The notes beneath the pieces were generated by a model. It made no database searches and was not told where the DNA came from. It saw only the letters and a list, made by a program, of their open reading frames with translations. The translations under genes were made by a program, and so were the position numbers. Positions 19,180-28,692 of a stretch of DNA of 64,000 nt are shown piece by piece; the stretch's first letter is position 1, and every line of letters starts with the position of its first letter. The stretch lies in IMG/VR virus record IMGVR_UViG_3300047325_000072, positions 1-64,000 of that record; one strand, given 5' to 3'. Source of the stretch: a virus.

Positions 19180-20244
19180 ATGTACGTAATCCGCAAGCGC
19201 AATGCCCACCGCGCATTACCTTATGGCCTGCGCCATCTTAACGAGGTCGGTCAACCGGAGGGAAGCCGCGACGGCGACGTGATCGTTGCGCCGGGGCCGG
19301 TCGCTACGGTCTATGACTGCCCGGTGGAGCGCGTTGTTTTTTGGCCTGAACGTGACGCTAATCCGTTTTTTCATCTTTTTGAGTCGTTGTGGATGCTAGC
19401 GGGGCGTAATGACCTGGCTCTGCCACAGTGCTTCGTTAAGAGCTTCGACCGCTTTTCGGATGACGGTGTGACGCTGCATGGCGCTTACGGACATCGTTGG
19501 AGGAATTGGCCGGGCGATCAGCTTGACCGCATTGTCGATTTGATGAGCGGCCATAGTCGTACTCGGCGCGCGGTCCTAACGATGTGGGATCCTGACCGCG
19601 ACCTGTTCCCGGAGCAGGGCAAGGATGTTCCTTGCAACACGACCATCTATTTTTCCGAGAGTTATGGCCGTGCCAACGAACGCAATCGTCTCGATATGAT
19701 GGTCTGCTGTCGCTCAAACGATATTGTCATGGGCCTTTACGGGGCAAATGCTGTCCATTTTTCTATGCTGATGGAATATATGGCCGCGCGTTTAGACCTT
19801 GAGGTCGGAACGATGACCACGATATCGAATAATTTTCACAGCTATGCACGCGACTACAACCGGATACGCACCGGCGCCCTCGCGCTTTGGGGACCGATTT
19901 GGGATGATTGCCCTTACGCTAGGGAGGAGGTAAAGCCCTTCCCCTTGGTGGACGACCCTAGTAGTTGGGATCAGGAGCTTCTTTTCATGCTATCAGCCGC
20001 TGAGGCCAAATCCGAAGACCGGATACGCACCGGCGCCATATGGAAAAACTCCTTTTTCCCTCGGGTAGTGTTGCCAATGTATTTAGCACACGAGGCTTGG
20101 CGGGCGGGCGACTGGCTGCGTGCCGGTTACTACACGCGGGAGATTGCCGCGAGCGATTGGCAGCTTGCTGTCGCCCAATGGCTACTCCGCCGTGCGGCTA
20201 AAGCTGGCATGACATCGATACCCGAATTAGTTGGGATTTGGTAA
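19180..20244 (+). CDS. thymidylate synthase-fold enzyme, probable dUMP hydroxymethylase
   Basis: RDANPFFH..ESLWMLAGRND, GAYG.RWR, RRAVL.MWD, DVPCN (catalytic Cys), RSND..GLYGAN (Asn at the dUMP-specificity position), NNFH.Y. Confidence 0.85.
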   Translation: MYVIRKRNAHRALPYGLRHLNEVGQPEGSRDGDVIVAPGPVATVYDCPVERVVFWPERDANPFFHLFESLWMLAGRNDLALPQCFVKSFDRFSDDGVTLHGAYGHRWRNWPGDQLDRIVDLMSGHSRTRRAVLTMWDPDRDLFPEQGKDVPCNTTIYFSESYGRANERNRLDMMVCCRSNDIVMGLYGANAVHFSMLMEYMAARLDLEVGTMTTISNNFHSYARDYNRIRTGALALWGPIWDDCPYAREEVKPFPLVDDPSSWDQELLFMLSAAEAKSEDRIRTGAIWKNSFFPRVVLPMYLAHEAWRAGDWLRAGYYTREIAASDWQLAVAQWLLRRAAKAGMTSIPELVGIW

Positions 20245-20753
20245 TGATAACCGACGACCTTCTCCGCGCGAGTCTAGGTACTACAGACCGGCTCGCGCTG
20301 CGCCTGCGCGGCGGCGGGGTGCGCCGTTATCATACTCATCCGGGCGTTTCTCCGCAGTCCGTAGCCGAGCACTCCTGGCGAGCCGCGGTGATCGCGCACT
20401 ATCTGTGGCCCGATCGATCGCACTTGTTGCGCGCCGTTATCCTACACGATGTTGCTGAGGCTTTGATAGGCGACCTTCCGGCGCCGACCAAGCGCATGGA
20501 CGCCGGTGCGGCATTAACCGATTTGGAAACCGAATACGAAAAATATATCGGTATTTCCAGGTTTATGAGCCTTGATTCGGAAGATCAAACAAGATTGAAA
20601 ATCGTTGATTACGCCGAGCTTTGTCTTCATGTGAAAAGCTGTCGAACCGAAGACGAAATCCTCTGTTACAACAATGCTAAGAAGTATGTAGTAGACCTGC
20701 TACAGAAACTCCCATGGGAGGAAGAAAGGATTAGAAAAATACTCGACATATAA
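20244..20753 (+). CDS. YfbR-like HD-domain nucleotide hydrolase
   Basis: RRYH..QSVAEHS, LHD.AE..GDLPAPTK, D..E. Confidence 0.85.
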   Translation: MITDDLLRASLGTTDRLALRLRGGGVRRYHTHPGVSPQSVAEHSWRAAVIAHYLWPDRSHLLRAVILHDVAEALIGDLPAPTKRMDAGAALTDLETEYEKYIGISRFMSLDSEDQTRLKIVDYAELCLHVKSCRTEDEILCYNNAKKYVVDLLQKLPWEEERIRKILDI

Positions 20754-20763
20754 GACCCGTATT

Positions 20764-21342
20764 ATGAAGGGTATAATTCTCTTCGAGGGCGCCGATAGCA
20801 GCGGCAAGACCACCCTTGCACGCTACTTCGTAAAGAAACACGGCGCGCATTATATTCACGGCCGCGTACACAAAGACGCTTGGAAATGGCATAACGCCGC
20901 TATCCGCCGGGCGTTGCGTTTCCGGGAGCGGGGCGAGCTTACCGTTATCGATCGCAACTACATTTCTCATTTAGTTTATGGGCGCGTTTTTAACAATCAG
21001 CAATACGACGCGAAGGCTCGTCTTTTAGACGATATCCTGCGGCGCAACGGCGCACTAACGGTGCTTTGTTCTCCCGACGATCAACTCCGCCAAATAGCCC
21101 GCTGGGAGGAGGAAAAGGCGGCTGGGCGATCCGAGGCATTTGACAGGATCAAAGAGGTTGTCGCGCTTTACGCCGATCTGGCCCGCGGTAATGTCGCCCA
21201 TCCGGGCAACGGTTATCTTGATGAAATGATACGCTTCGGAGATTTCTCCGAGCGGCAGGATGTTTTAATTTACGACGTTCATAAATATTGGGGAAATCCA
21301 GCCCCGGCAGCAAGAGCTATATTGAGAAGGCTGCATGGCTAG
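20764..21342 (+). CDS. dNMP (thymidylate-type) kinase
   Basis: EGADSSGKTT and VIDR..S..VYG. Confidence 0.75.
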   Translation: MKGIILFEGADSSGKTTLARYFVKKHGAHYIHGRVHKDAWKWHNAAIRRALRFRERGELTVIDRNYISHLVYGRVFNNQQYDAKARLLDDILRRNGALTVLCSPDDQLRQIARWEEEKAAGRSEAFDRIKEVVALYADLARGNVAHPGNGYLDEMIRFGDFSERQDVLIYDVHKYWGNPAPAARAILRRLHG

Positions 21343-23359
21343 TCGCATCCAGCTTTCTTTGTTTGCGCCGCCTCTGCCTTCGGTAACGCCCGGAGAGGCT
21401 AAGGCTAAGGACTATTCGGACCCCTTCCTAGCCTACCACAAAGAGGCATTGGATGCGGCAGACAGCGACCGCTTGACCTTCGACAATGCAACTTGGAACC
21501 GCGCCGAGACGAGTGCAGTCGGGGTTGATGTTGAGAGCTACCGTAATTTCTTCCTGGTTTGTTTTACACGCTTTTCGGACAGCAAACGTCTGGCTTTTGA
21601 AGCATCTAATCGTTCGGAATTAAACCTCAAGGCAATTAAATGGTTGCTCAAGAAAAACCAAATCATAACTTTCAACGGTAACTGTTACGATCTACCGATG
21701 CTGTTGGCCGCGCTACAAGGCAGCAACCCACAGGAGTTAAAGCGCCTGTCGGATCGCTTGATTTCCGGGGAAGGCCAGCGTTGGTGGCAGGCCGAGCAGG
21801 ACTTCGATCGGTTTGGTATAAAATTAGACCATATTGACCTGATCGATACAAATCCCTCCGTCCGCCAAGGTCTCAAGATGCTCGGCGGTCGATTGCACAC
21901 CCGTTTTATGGTTGACCTTCCCTATGACCCCGACGCGGTATTAACCCCGCGACAAATGAACGTCGTTACTCTCTATTGCTTTAACGATATTGCTATGCTT
22001 GGTGATTTGTTCGCTGCATTGCGCGAGCCTCTTGAACTGCGTATTGCGCTCGGCGAGCTATACGGATTGCAACTGCGCTCGCGCAGCGACGCCCAGGTGG
22101 GCGAGGCGATCGTTAAGAAACGCGTCGAGATCGCTACAGGGCGCCGTCTAGGCCGCGCTGAGCCGCCGAAAGGATCTTTCTTTTTGTACGAGCCGCCTGC
22201 ATTTCTTTCTTTCCAAGACGAAAGATTATCGGGCCTGGTTGATAAGTTGAAGACAACTTCATTTACCCTAAGTGGTCTCGGAAAGCCTGAGATGCCCGAG
22301 TTGCTGAAAAAATTCAGCTATACCCGCGGCATGACAACCTACAAGTTTGGCATCGGCGGTATTCATTCCCAGGAAGCCCACCGGGCGCTGCGCGCCGACG
22401 ATGAATGGGCTATCGAGGACGTGGACGTTGCTTCACAATATCCTAATATTATCGTTAAGCTCGGGCTTTACCCTCCGGCCATCGGACCGATCTTCCTGGA
22501 CGTTTATGGCGAGTCGATTACCCAGCGGCTTGCTGCAAAGGATCGTTTGCTGCGCGATGCAACAGTAAGCGAGGCCGAATGCCAAACGTTGAAAGTCCTC
22601 GTTGACGGATACCGAATCCAGCTAAACGGGGTTTATGGAAAGCTCGGCTCGCCGGGATTGCTTCATGCGCCCAACCTTCTTATCGCGGTTACGGTTACGG
22701 GTCAGCTTTCCATTTTGATGCTTGCCGATATGGCGGAGCGGCGCGGATTGCCGGTTGTCTCCGCCAACACGGATGGCTTGGTGTTTCGCTATCGGCGCGC
22801 GCATCGTTCTATTCTAAACGAGGTACTAGCCGAATGGGAATCGGCCACGGGTTTTCAGACTGAGCGGACGCCTTACGAGGAGATCTATAATTCTTCGGTC
22901 AACACTTATATCGCGCTCAAACCTGGCGGAAAAGCAAAGGTCAAAGGGCCGATCGCGGACCCTTGGACCGAGGGCGATCTGCGCGGGCAGATGATGAAAA
23001 ATCCGCAAATGACAGTTCTGACGCAAGCCGTTTTGGCGCTTCTAACCAAGGGCGTGCCCCTCGGGGAAACGATACAGACGACAAACGATCCGCGCGCTTT
23101 CGTAACAGTGGTAAAGGTTGCGGCCGGCGCCCGTTGGCGCAACCATTATCTAGGCCGCGCAGTGCGCTATTATTGGGCGCTTGACGGCGACCCGATTATG
23201 ACGGCCGACGGCGCCCGGAGAATAGGGAAGACAGAAGGCGCGCGACCCATCCAGGAACTGGAGGATCGTGTACCTTCAGATCTTGATCGGCTCCGCTACT
23301 ACGAGGAAAGCGTTCGATTAGCCCACGATCTCGGGGTTAGCGAGGGGCAGATACGATGA
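21335..23359 (+). CDS. family B-like phage DNA polymerase with 3'-5' exonuclease
   Basis: Exo DVE, FNG..YD, YC.ND; pol DVASQYP, RIQLNGVYGK, ANTDG, VN.Y..K.KG. Confidence 0.88.
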   Translation: MASRIQLSLFAPPLPSVTPGEAKAKDYSDPFLAYHKEALDAADSDRLTFDNATWNRAETSAVGVDVESYRNFFLVCFTRFSDSKRLAFEASNRSELNLKAIKWLLKKNQIITFNGNCYDLPMLLAALQGSNPQELKRLSDRLISGEGQRWWQAEQDFDRFGIKLDHIDLIDTNPSVRQGLKMLGGRLHTRFMVDLPYDPDAVLTPRQMNVVTLYCFNDIAMLGDLFAALREPLELRIALGELYGLQLRSRSDAQVGEAIVKKRVEIATGRRLGRAEPPKGSFFLYEPPAFLSFQDERLSGLVDKLKTTSFTLSGLGKPEMPELLKKFSYTRGMTTYKFGIGGIHSQEAHRALRADDEWAIEDVDVASQYPNIIVKLGLYPPAIGPIFLDVYGESITQRLAAKDRLLRDATVSEAECQTLKVLVDGYRIQLNGVYGKLGSPGLLHAPNLLIAVTVTGQLSILMLADMAERRGLPVVSANTDGLVFRYRRAHRSILNEVLAEWESATGFQTERTPYEEIYNSSVNTYIALKPGGKAKVKGPIADPWTEGDLRGQMMKNPQMTVLTQAVLALLTKGVPLGETIQTTNDPRAFVTVVKVAAGARWRNHYLGRAVRYYWALDGDPIMTADGARRIGKTEGARPIQELEDRVPSDLDRLRYYEESVRLAHDLGVSEGQIR

Positions 23360-23613
23360 TAATCAATCAGGCTGTATTAGACGCCAATTGGGGGCCAGAG
23401 TATCTTGCCTCTATGGTTTTACTTCGTCGAGGTTCGGAACTTACTCTCTACTATTACAGAGATTTAGTTAAAATGTCCCGCGGTGAGATTTTGCCGTCTA
23501 GCGCGGCCGACAGCAAATCAATCCGCTCAATCCATATCGGCCGCGCTGCGGCAGCTTTGGTTCGGTTGCGCGAATTGCTAACCGTTGAGCAATGGGAGGC
23601 CTTAACAAAATGA
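23356..23613 (+). CDS. hypothetical protein
   Basis: ATGA overlaps on both sides. Confidence 0.6.
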   Translation: MIINQAVLDANWGPEYLASMVLLRRGSELTLYYYRDLVKMSRGEILPSSAADSKSIRSIHIGRAAAALVRLRELLTVEQWEALTK

Positions 23614-24083
23614 TCTTATCAGCGCAAAGCATACGCAAACTGTGCGTACCTGACCCTCTACCTCTAATTACACCCTTCTCTGAGCGCGGCGTCATCCGTG
23701 GCCGATCCTACGGACTATCGGCTTGCACCTACGACTGCCGCATTGCCCATCCCCTTGTTGTTCCGGTGGGGAAATTCCGGCTGGCTGTGACGATGGAAAA
23801 ATTCAACTTCCCGGCTTGGCTATGCGGATCGGTGCTGGATAAATCCTCTTGGGCGCGGGTCGGGATATCAGCTTTTAATACACATTTTGACCCCGGTTTC
23901 TGCGGCTATGCGACGCTTGAACTAGTAAATCTTGGCCCTGATCCGGTAGAGTATTTAGAAGGTGATCCGGTTTGTCAGTTCATGTTTCACTTATTGGATG
24001 AACCGACCGAGATGCCTTACGCTGGGAAATATAACCAACAACCTAAAGAGCCAGTCCCGGCTCGTTACGAAGAGGAAATATGA
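23610..24083 (+). CDS. dcd: dCTP deaminase
   Basis: SYGLS..YD.R, KSSWAR.G, DPGF.G..TLE..N, Q..F, Y.GKY..Q. Confidence 0.9.
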   Translation: MILSAQSIRKLCVPDPLPLITPFSERGVIRGRSYGLSACTYDCRIAHPLVVPVGKFRLAVTMEKFNFPAWLCGSVLDKSSWARVGISAFNTHFDPGFCGYATLELVNLGPDPVEYLEGDPVCQFMFHLLDEPTEMPYAGKYNQQPKEPVPARYEEEI

Positions 24084-24667
24084 TCCTGATTTTCGACACG
24101 GAAACAACAGGACTTCCGCGTCGCGGAGAATCTGTAACTTCGCCCAACTATCCGCGTCTGGTAGAGATTGCAGGCATTTTGATCGAGGAAAGCGATAGCC
24201 GAGAAATAGCTAGCTTTGCGCTCCTCATTCGGCCGGACGGGTACGAAATCCCGGACGGGATGGTCCACGGTATAACCCAGGCGCAGGCACTTGCTGCCGG
24301 TGTGCCGGTGCGTGTCGCGCTCGCGGTCTACTCGAATCTGCGTCGAGTTTCCTCCGCTGTGGCAGGGCATAACGTTGAATTTGATAACGGCATCATCGCG
24401 AGCGAGTTTTATAAGGCTGGAGTCCATATTCCCGCTGACATTGTAGACCGTGAAACCCTCTGCACAGCCGAACTCGGGCGCCCGATCTGTGCATTACCGC
24501 CCACCGAGCGGATGACCGCGGCCGGCTATGGAGGCCAGTTTAAGATGCCTAATTTGACTGAGTTGCATACGCATTTATTCGGTGAGCCTTTCGACGGCGC
24601 GCATGGCGCACTCGCAGACGTTAGAGCCGCGGCACGCTGTTTGTTGGAGCTTAGGCGGCAAAGCTGA
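24080..24667 (+). CDS. DnaQ-like DEDDh 3'-5' exonuclease
   Basis: FDTETTG, GHN..FD, AH.ALAD. Confidence 0.9.
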   Translation: MILIFDTETTGLPRRGESVTSPNYPRLVEIAGILIEESDSREIASFALLIRPDGYEIPDGMVHGITQAQALAAGVPVRVALAVYSNLRRVSSAVAGHNVEFDNGIIASEFYKAGVHIPADIVDRETLCTAELGRPICALPPTERMTAAGYGGQFKMPNLTELHTHLFGEPFDGAHGALADVRAAARCLLELRRQS

Positions 24668-24832
24668 ACCACGGCATTGAGGGCGAAGGAGCACGCGCAT
24701 GGCGAACATGGCATCTCAGGCATCGTCGAGTGTCCGAAGTGCCGCGGCGTGCTTCACTACACCGTAGCCGCGTCAAACGGGCACCTGTGGGGCAAGTGCG
24801 AGACGAGCGGCTGCCTGGCCTGGATGATGTGA
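24668..24832 (+). pseudogene. Zn-ribbon gene fragment in frame after the exonuclease stop
   Basis: Reads ..IVECPKCRGVLHYTVAASNGHLWGKCETSGCLAWMM; no ATG start, only TTG at 24677. Confidence 0.5.
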
Positions 24833-24890
24833 GGGAGCGGCCGGGGAGATCATGATGAGCCTATCGGCCAGCAAACAAAGGGGGGCACGT

Positions 24891-25646
24891 ATGATCAAAC
24901 TCCGGATAATGTCCGACCTGCATTTGGAGTTTGGTAAACTGGTCCTGAAACCTATCGGAGAGGACGTTTTGATCCTGGCCGGCGACATCGGAGTCTATAC
25001 GGACGGCGCGCGCTGGGCTGCGCGGTATGCCCGGACTTATGGGGTGCCTGTCGTCATGATCGCTGGAAACCATGAGTTTTACCGCGACGATTGGCATTAT
25101 CATCATACAATCGCAACAACTTTGCATGACATTCGGCGCATATCTCCTCTAACTTTTCTTGAGGACGAGATTGCTAATATTTGCGGAATTACCTTTGCCG
25201 GAAGCACTCTTTGGACAGATTTCGCCTTAAACGGCGATCCCGTTCTAGGAATGCGCGATGCTCGCGAAGCAATGAATGATTATCGTGAAATATTCTGGAA
25301 TGAGACTTTACGTCTTACGCCGGAGCTTACAGTACAAAAGCATCAAGGGTCCTTGAAGTTTTTGAAGGAAATCCAAGACTCGGGAAAGCTAGTTATTATA
25401 ACGCATCATTTGCCGTCGTCCCGGTCTATCGCGGGGCGCTACGCGGATAATGCCTACAACGCCGCGTATGCGTCCAACTTGGACACGCTTGTCGAAACGA
25501 GCGGTGCAGCGCTTTGGATACACGGCCATACACACGTCAGCCAGGATTATTGCATCGGTAACACGCGTGTTATCTGTAACCCGCGGGGCTATGCGGGCTA
25601 TGAAGTTAATCCAAATTTCAATCCAGATTTGATCATCGAAGTCTGA
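24891..25646 (+). CDS. calcineurin-like metallophosphoesterase
   Basis: SDLH, AGDI, GNHE, THH, HGHTH. Confidence 0.9.
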   Translation: MIKLRIMSDLHLEFGKLVLKPIGEDVLILAGDIGVYTDGARWAARYARTYGVPVVMIAGNHEFYRDDWHYHHTIATTLHDIRRISPLTFLEDEIANICGITFAGSTLWTDFALNGDPVLGMRDAREAMNDYREIFWNETLRLTPELTVQKHQGSLKFLKEIQDSGKLVIITHHLPSSRSIAGRYADNAYNAAYASNLDTLVETSGAALWIHGHTHVSQDYCIGNTRVICNPRGYAGYEVNPNFNPDLIIEV

Positions 25647-25659
25647 GGAGAAAACCCCA

Positions 25660-25905
25660 ATGAGTAGCAAGACGCCCATCGCTGACGAGTTCGATTACAT
25701 TGGCGTTCGTATGCGCGAAATTCAGCAGGAGCGCAGGAGCATCGCCGACATCGAGATTCGCAGTAGCCGTCAAATTCTGATTAAGGCTCTCTCAGAGGCT
25801 CGCTGGGAACCTTTGAAAGACTTACGGCCCCGAGACCGTCATTGGATATCTGATGGCGCAACCGCGGCGCTTTATTTCTTTTCGTCCGTAGCCGACGATC
25901 GATGA
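25660..25905 (+). CDS. hypothetical protein
   Basis: GAGGAG RBS. Confidence 0.55.
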   Translation: MSSKTPIADEFDYIGVRMREIQQERRSIADIEIRSSRQILIKALSEARWEPLKDLRPRDRHWISDGATAALYFFSSVADDR

Positions 25906-26090
25906 AGCTCGTCATTTGTAACGGCGAAAAATACGAGGTCTGGCAGACGGGCGCCTTGCTCGTTCGGCTGCAAATGCGTCCGGGCGGCGCGCCGATCCGT
26001 GCCCACGGTACGCGGCTCGTCCAGGACGACGAAGCGCGCGCGGAGTTACGTGCGCTGCTAGATTCCGGGGCTTACGACCGAGAGTTTTAA
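25902..26090 (+). CDS. hypothetical protein
   Basis: ATGA overlap. Confidence 0.5.
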   Translation: MKLVICNGEKYEVWQTGALLVRLQMRPGGAPIRAHGTRLVQDDEARAELRALLDSGAYDREF

Positions 26091-26093
26091 GGA

Positions 26094-26122
26094 TTTACTT
26101 ATCGGGCGTAATCGCTTATAGT
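26094..26122 (+). promoter_or_regulatory. sigma70-like promoter P5
   Basis: TTTACT-N17-TATAGT upstream of the RNR gene. Confidence 0.7.
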
Positions 26123-26153
26123 TAATCTTTGATTATCCAGGATTTGTAAAGGA

Positions 26154-28166
26154 ATGTCTGACGTTCTTATAAATCTTAGCGATTATGCCCACATAACGCT
26201 GCCAACCCTCTACCGGCAACAGACTCATCTAACGAAATACTCTCGATGGCGGGATGATCTAGGACGCCGTGAAACTTGGCCGGAGACTGTTTATCGGTAT
26301 TTCGATTTTATGGTACCGCACGCATCCCGAAATTTCGGCTACCAAATAACCCAAGCAGAACAGCAAACTTTATACGAGGCCATCTTAAATTGCGAAGTGA
26401 TGCCCTCGATGCGAGCGCTGATGACCGCCGGCAAAGCGCTGGAACAAGATCATGCTGCTGCCTACAACTGTGCGTATATTCCCGTTGATACGCCGCTTGC
26501 TCATGACGAGGCGTTCTATCTGTCTATGTGTTCGGTAGGCGTGGGTTTTTCAGTTGAGCGCCAATTCATCAACCAAATGCCGGAGCTTCCCAGAGAGCTA
26601 CATGCAGTAGAGACAACAATTGTAGTACCAGATTCTAGGATTGGTTGGACCTCAAGCTATCGCCAACTCCTGGGCATGCTTTTCAACGGCTTCGTACCGC
26701 GTTGGGACGTAAGTCGAGTGCGACCGGCCGGAGCACGCTTGATAACTTTCGGCGGCCGCGCCAGCGGACCAGCCCCCTTGGTTGATTTATTCAAACACGC
26801 AATTACTCTGTTCAAGGAAGCTATCGATGCGGGTCAGAGGCGCCTGACCTCGATTCAAAATCACGATCTTATGACAAAAATGGCCGACGTGGCAGTTTCA
26901 GGCGGCGTACGTCGTGCCGCAATGATTTCACTTTCTAATCCCTCAGACCAAAGGATGCGCGATGCCAAGGCGGGAGAATGGTGGAAAAAATCTCCCCACT
27001 ATCGGCTCGCTAACAATTCCGCAGTATGGACCGATGTTCCTACGGCCGAATTATTTATGGAAGAATGGTTATCCCTTGTGCGCTCAAAGTCTGGCGAGCG
27101 CGGCGTTATAAACCGGCGAGCGCTTGTTTCCCAATGTGAGCGCTTTCGGCGTGTGGATGTTGAAAAGTACGCAGACCTATATGGACTTAATCCTTGTGCG
27201 GAGGTCATTTTACGCCCGCGTCAATTTTGTAATCTGACAACGAATATTATTCGCCATGACGATGGAATGAGAGATATCCTACGCAAGGTAGAGCTTTCTA
27301 CAATTCTAGGCACCCTTCAATCTACCCTTACAGATTTTCGTTATCTTGGTCCGGAATGGAGAGCCAACTGCGAAGAAGAGCGCCTGCTAGGCGTTAGTCT
27401 GAACGGCATATTCGATAATCGCTACATGGCCGGTCTCGATTACATTCGAGACGGTACCTTTCTGTCCGAAAGCTTCAAGATAGATGGTGTAAAAGTTGAG
27501 CTTCCCGAGGCCCTTGCCCAGATGCGAGATGTCGCCGTGGAAACAAATCGCATTTGGGCGGATAAGCTGGGCATAAGACCTTCAGCCGCTATTACATCGA
27601 TCAAGCCCGAGGGGAATAACTCAAATCTTGTAGATTGTCGCCCCGGACTTCACGGCGCGCATGCCAAAAGTTATTACATTCGGACAAATCGGGCAAATAA
27701 GGTGGACCGAATGGCGTCTTTTCTTATTTCCCAAGGGGTCTATGCGGAAGACGACGTTACATCACCCGACACTGCCTGGGTACTTTACTTCCCTATCCGC
27801 GTGCCCGAGGGGGCTATCAGCCGGTACGATTACACGGCTGTTGAACATATTAAAATTTGGTCGCTATACGCTGAGAACTATTGCGAGCACAAACCCTCTA
27901 TAACGATATCGGTAAAGGACCATGAATGGTTTTCAGTTGGCGCCCTTGTCTACGAAAACTTCGATAGCATGAGCGGTGTAGCTTTCCTGCCGTTTGACGG
28001 GGGTAGTTACCGACAGGCCCCCTACATGGACTGCACGCTTGAGGAATTGGAAGCATTGGAAGCAAAGACACCATCCAAGATCGATTGGTCTCTATTCCAC
28101 GAGGACACTGATCTAACTGAACATGCTAAAGAACTAGCCTGCGTTGGGGACGCGTGTTCGATATGA
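26154..28166 (+). CDS. nrdJ: class II (adenosylcobalamin-dependent, monomeric RTPR-type) ribonucleotide reductase
   Basis: YSRW..RRETW.ET, NCAY, GVGFSVE, GGRASGP, NPCAE..FCNL, IKPEG, C-terminal C..C; no beta subunit adjacent. Confidence 0.9.
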   Translation: MSDVLINLSDYAHITLPTLYRQQTHLTKYSRWRDDLGRRETWPETVYRYFDFMVPHASRNFGYQITQAEQQTLYEAILNCEVMPSMRALMTAGKALEQDHAAAYNCAYIPVDTPLAHDEAFYLSMCSVGVGFSVERQFINQMPELPRELHAVETTIVVPDSRIGWTSSYRQLLGMLFNGFVPRWDVSRVRPAGARLITFGGRASGPAPLVDLFKHAITLFKEAIDAGQRRLTSIQNHDLMTKMADVAVSGGVRRAAMISLSNPSDQRMRDAKAGEWWKKSPHYRLANNSAVWTDVPTAELFMEEWLSLVRSKSGERGVINRRALVSQCERFRRVDVEKYADLYGLNPCAEVILRPRQFCNLTTNIIRHDDGMRDILRKVELSTILGTLQSTLTDFRYLGPEWRANCEEERLLGVSLNGIFDNRYMAGLDYIRDGTFLSESFKIDGVKVELPEALAQMRDVAVETNRIWADKLGIRPSAAITSIKPEGNNSNLVDCRPGLHGAHAKSYYIRTNRANKVDRMASFLISQGVYAEDDVTSPDTAWVLYFPIRVPEGAISRYDYTAVEHIKIWSLYAENYCEHKPSITISVKDHEWFSVGALVYENFDSMSGVAFLPFDGGSYRQAPYMDCTLEELEALEAKTPSKIDWSLFHEDTDLTEHAKELACVGDACSI

Positions 28167-28293
28167 CCCTCGCAAGAGCTTACCGCCCTCGTCATCCTTT
28201 ATCGGGCATGCCCGAGCGCGCAAAAGCGGGATACGGTTCTGCGGCTTATCCCGGAGTTGGCCGAATTTGTACCGATCAGGAAGGTGCCACGGT

Positions 28294-28692
28294 TTGACGG
28301 AAGCCACCCAGATAAATAACGCAGTGCGACGCTATCTCGGGCCACTAGGCCGCTGGGTAAGGTTTGAATCTCCCGTAACGCCCGGAGCGCCCGACTGGTA
28401 TTACCGCTTGCGCGGCGTTGCGGGCTGGTTAGAGGCTAAGCTGATCCCGGAAAGCCGGCGCTGCCCTCCGACGTTCACCCGCGAGCAACTCCTTTGGGGG
28501 GAGGATGAGGTAAAATGGGGTGGCCGCTGGTACCTGCTCGGTCTGACCCCGAGCCGAACTTGGCTCCTGCTCAACGCTATTGCGGCGCGGGCTTGGTTCG
28601 AGGGTTCGGCGGGTTGGACGCCGACGATTACGGCGCGGGGAGCTTTCCCGGTTGAAGCATTATATGAGGTGTTGTCGGATGTCCGGCGCTAA
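28294..28692 (+). CDS. PD-(D/E)xK nuclease (VRR-NUC/Holliday junction resolvase-like)
   Basis: R.E..PG.PD..WLEAK..EQ..W; TTG start inferred. Confidence 0.7.
   Translation: MTEATQINNAVRRYLGPLGRWVRFESPVTPGAPDWYYRLRGVAGWLEAKLIPESRRCPPTFTREQLLWGEDEVKWGGRWYLLGLTPSRTWLLLNAIAARAWFEGSAGWTPTITARGAFPVEALYEVLSDVRR

Noticed and set aside
19180-20244. dCMP hydroxymethylase or ordinary ThyA
   Set aside because: The specificity residue is Asn (dUMP type), and the sequence style and neighbours match hmdU phages. Plain ThyA activity is less likely but untested.
20244-20753. DatZ of a 2-aminoadenine (Z) genome
   Set aside because: No PurZ is seen and the context is thymidine modification.
28163-28320. Possible small frameshifted gene after nrdJ
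   Set aside because: No recognisable motif and too short to support.
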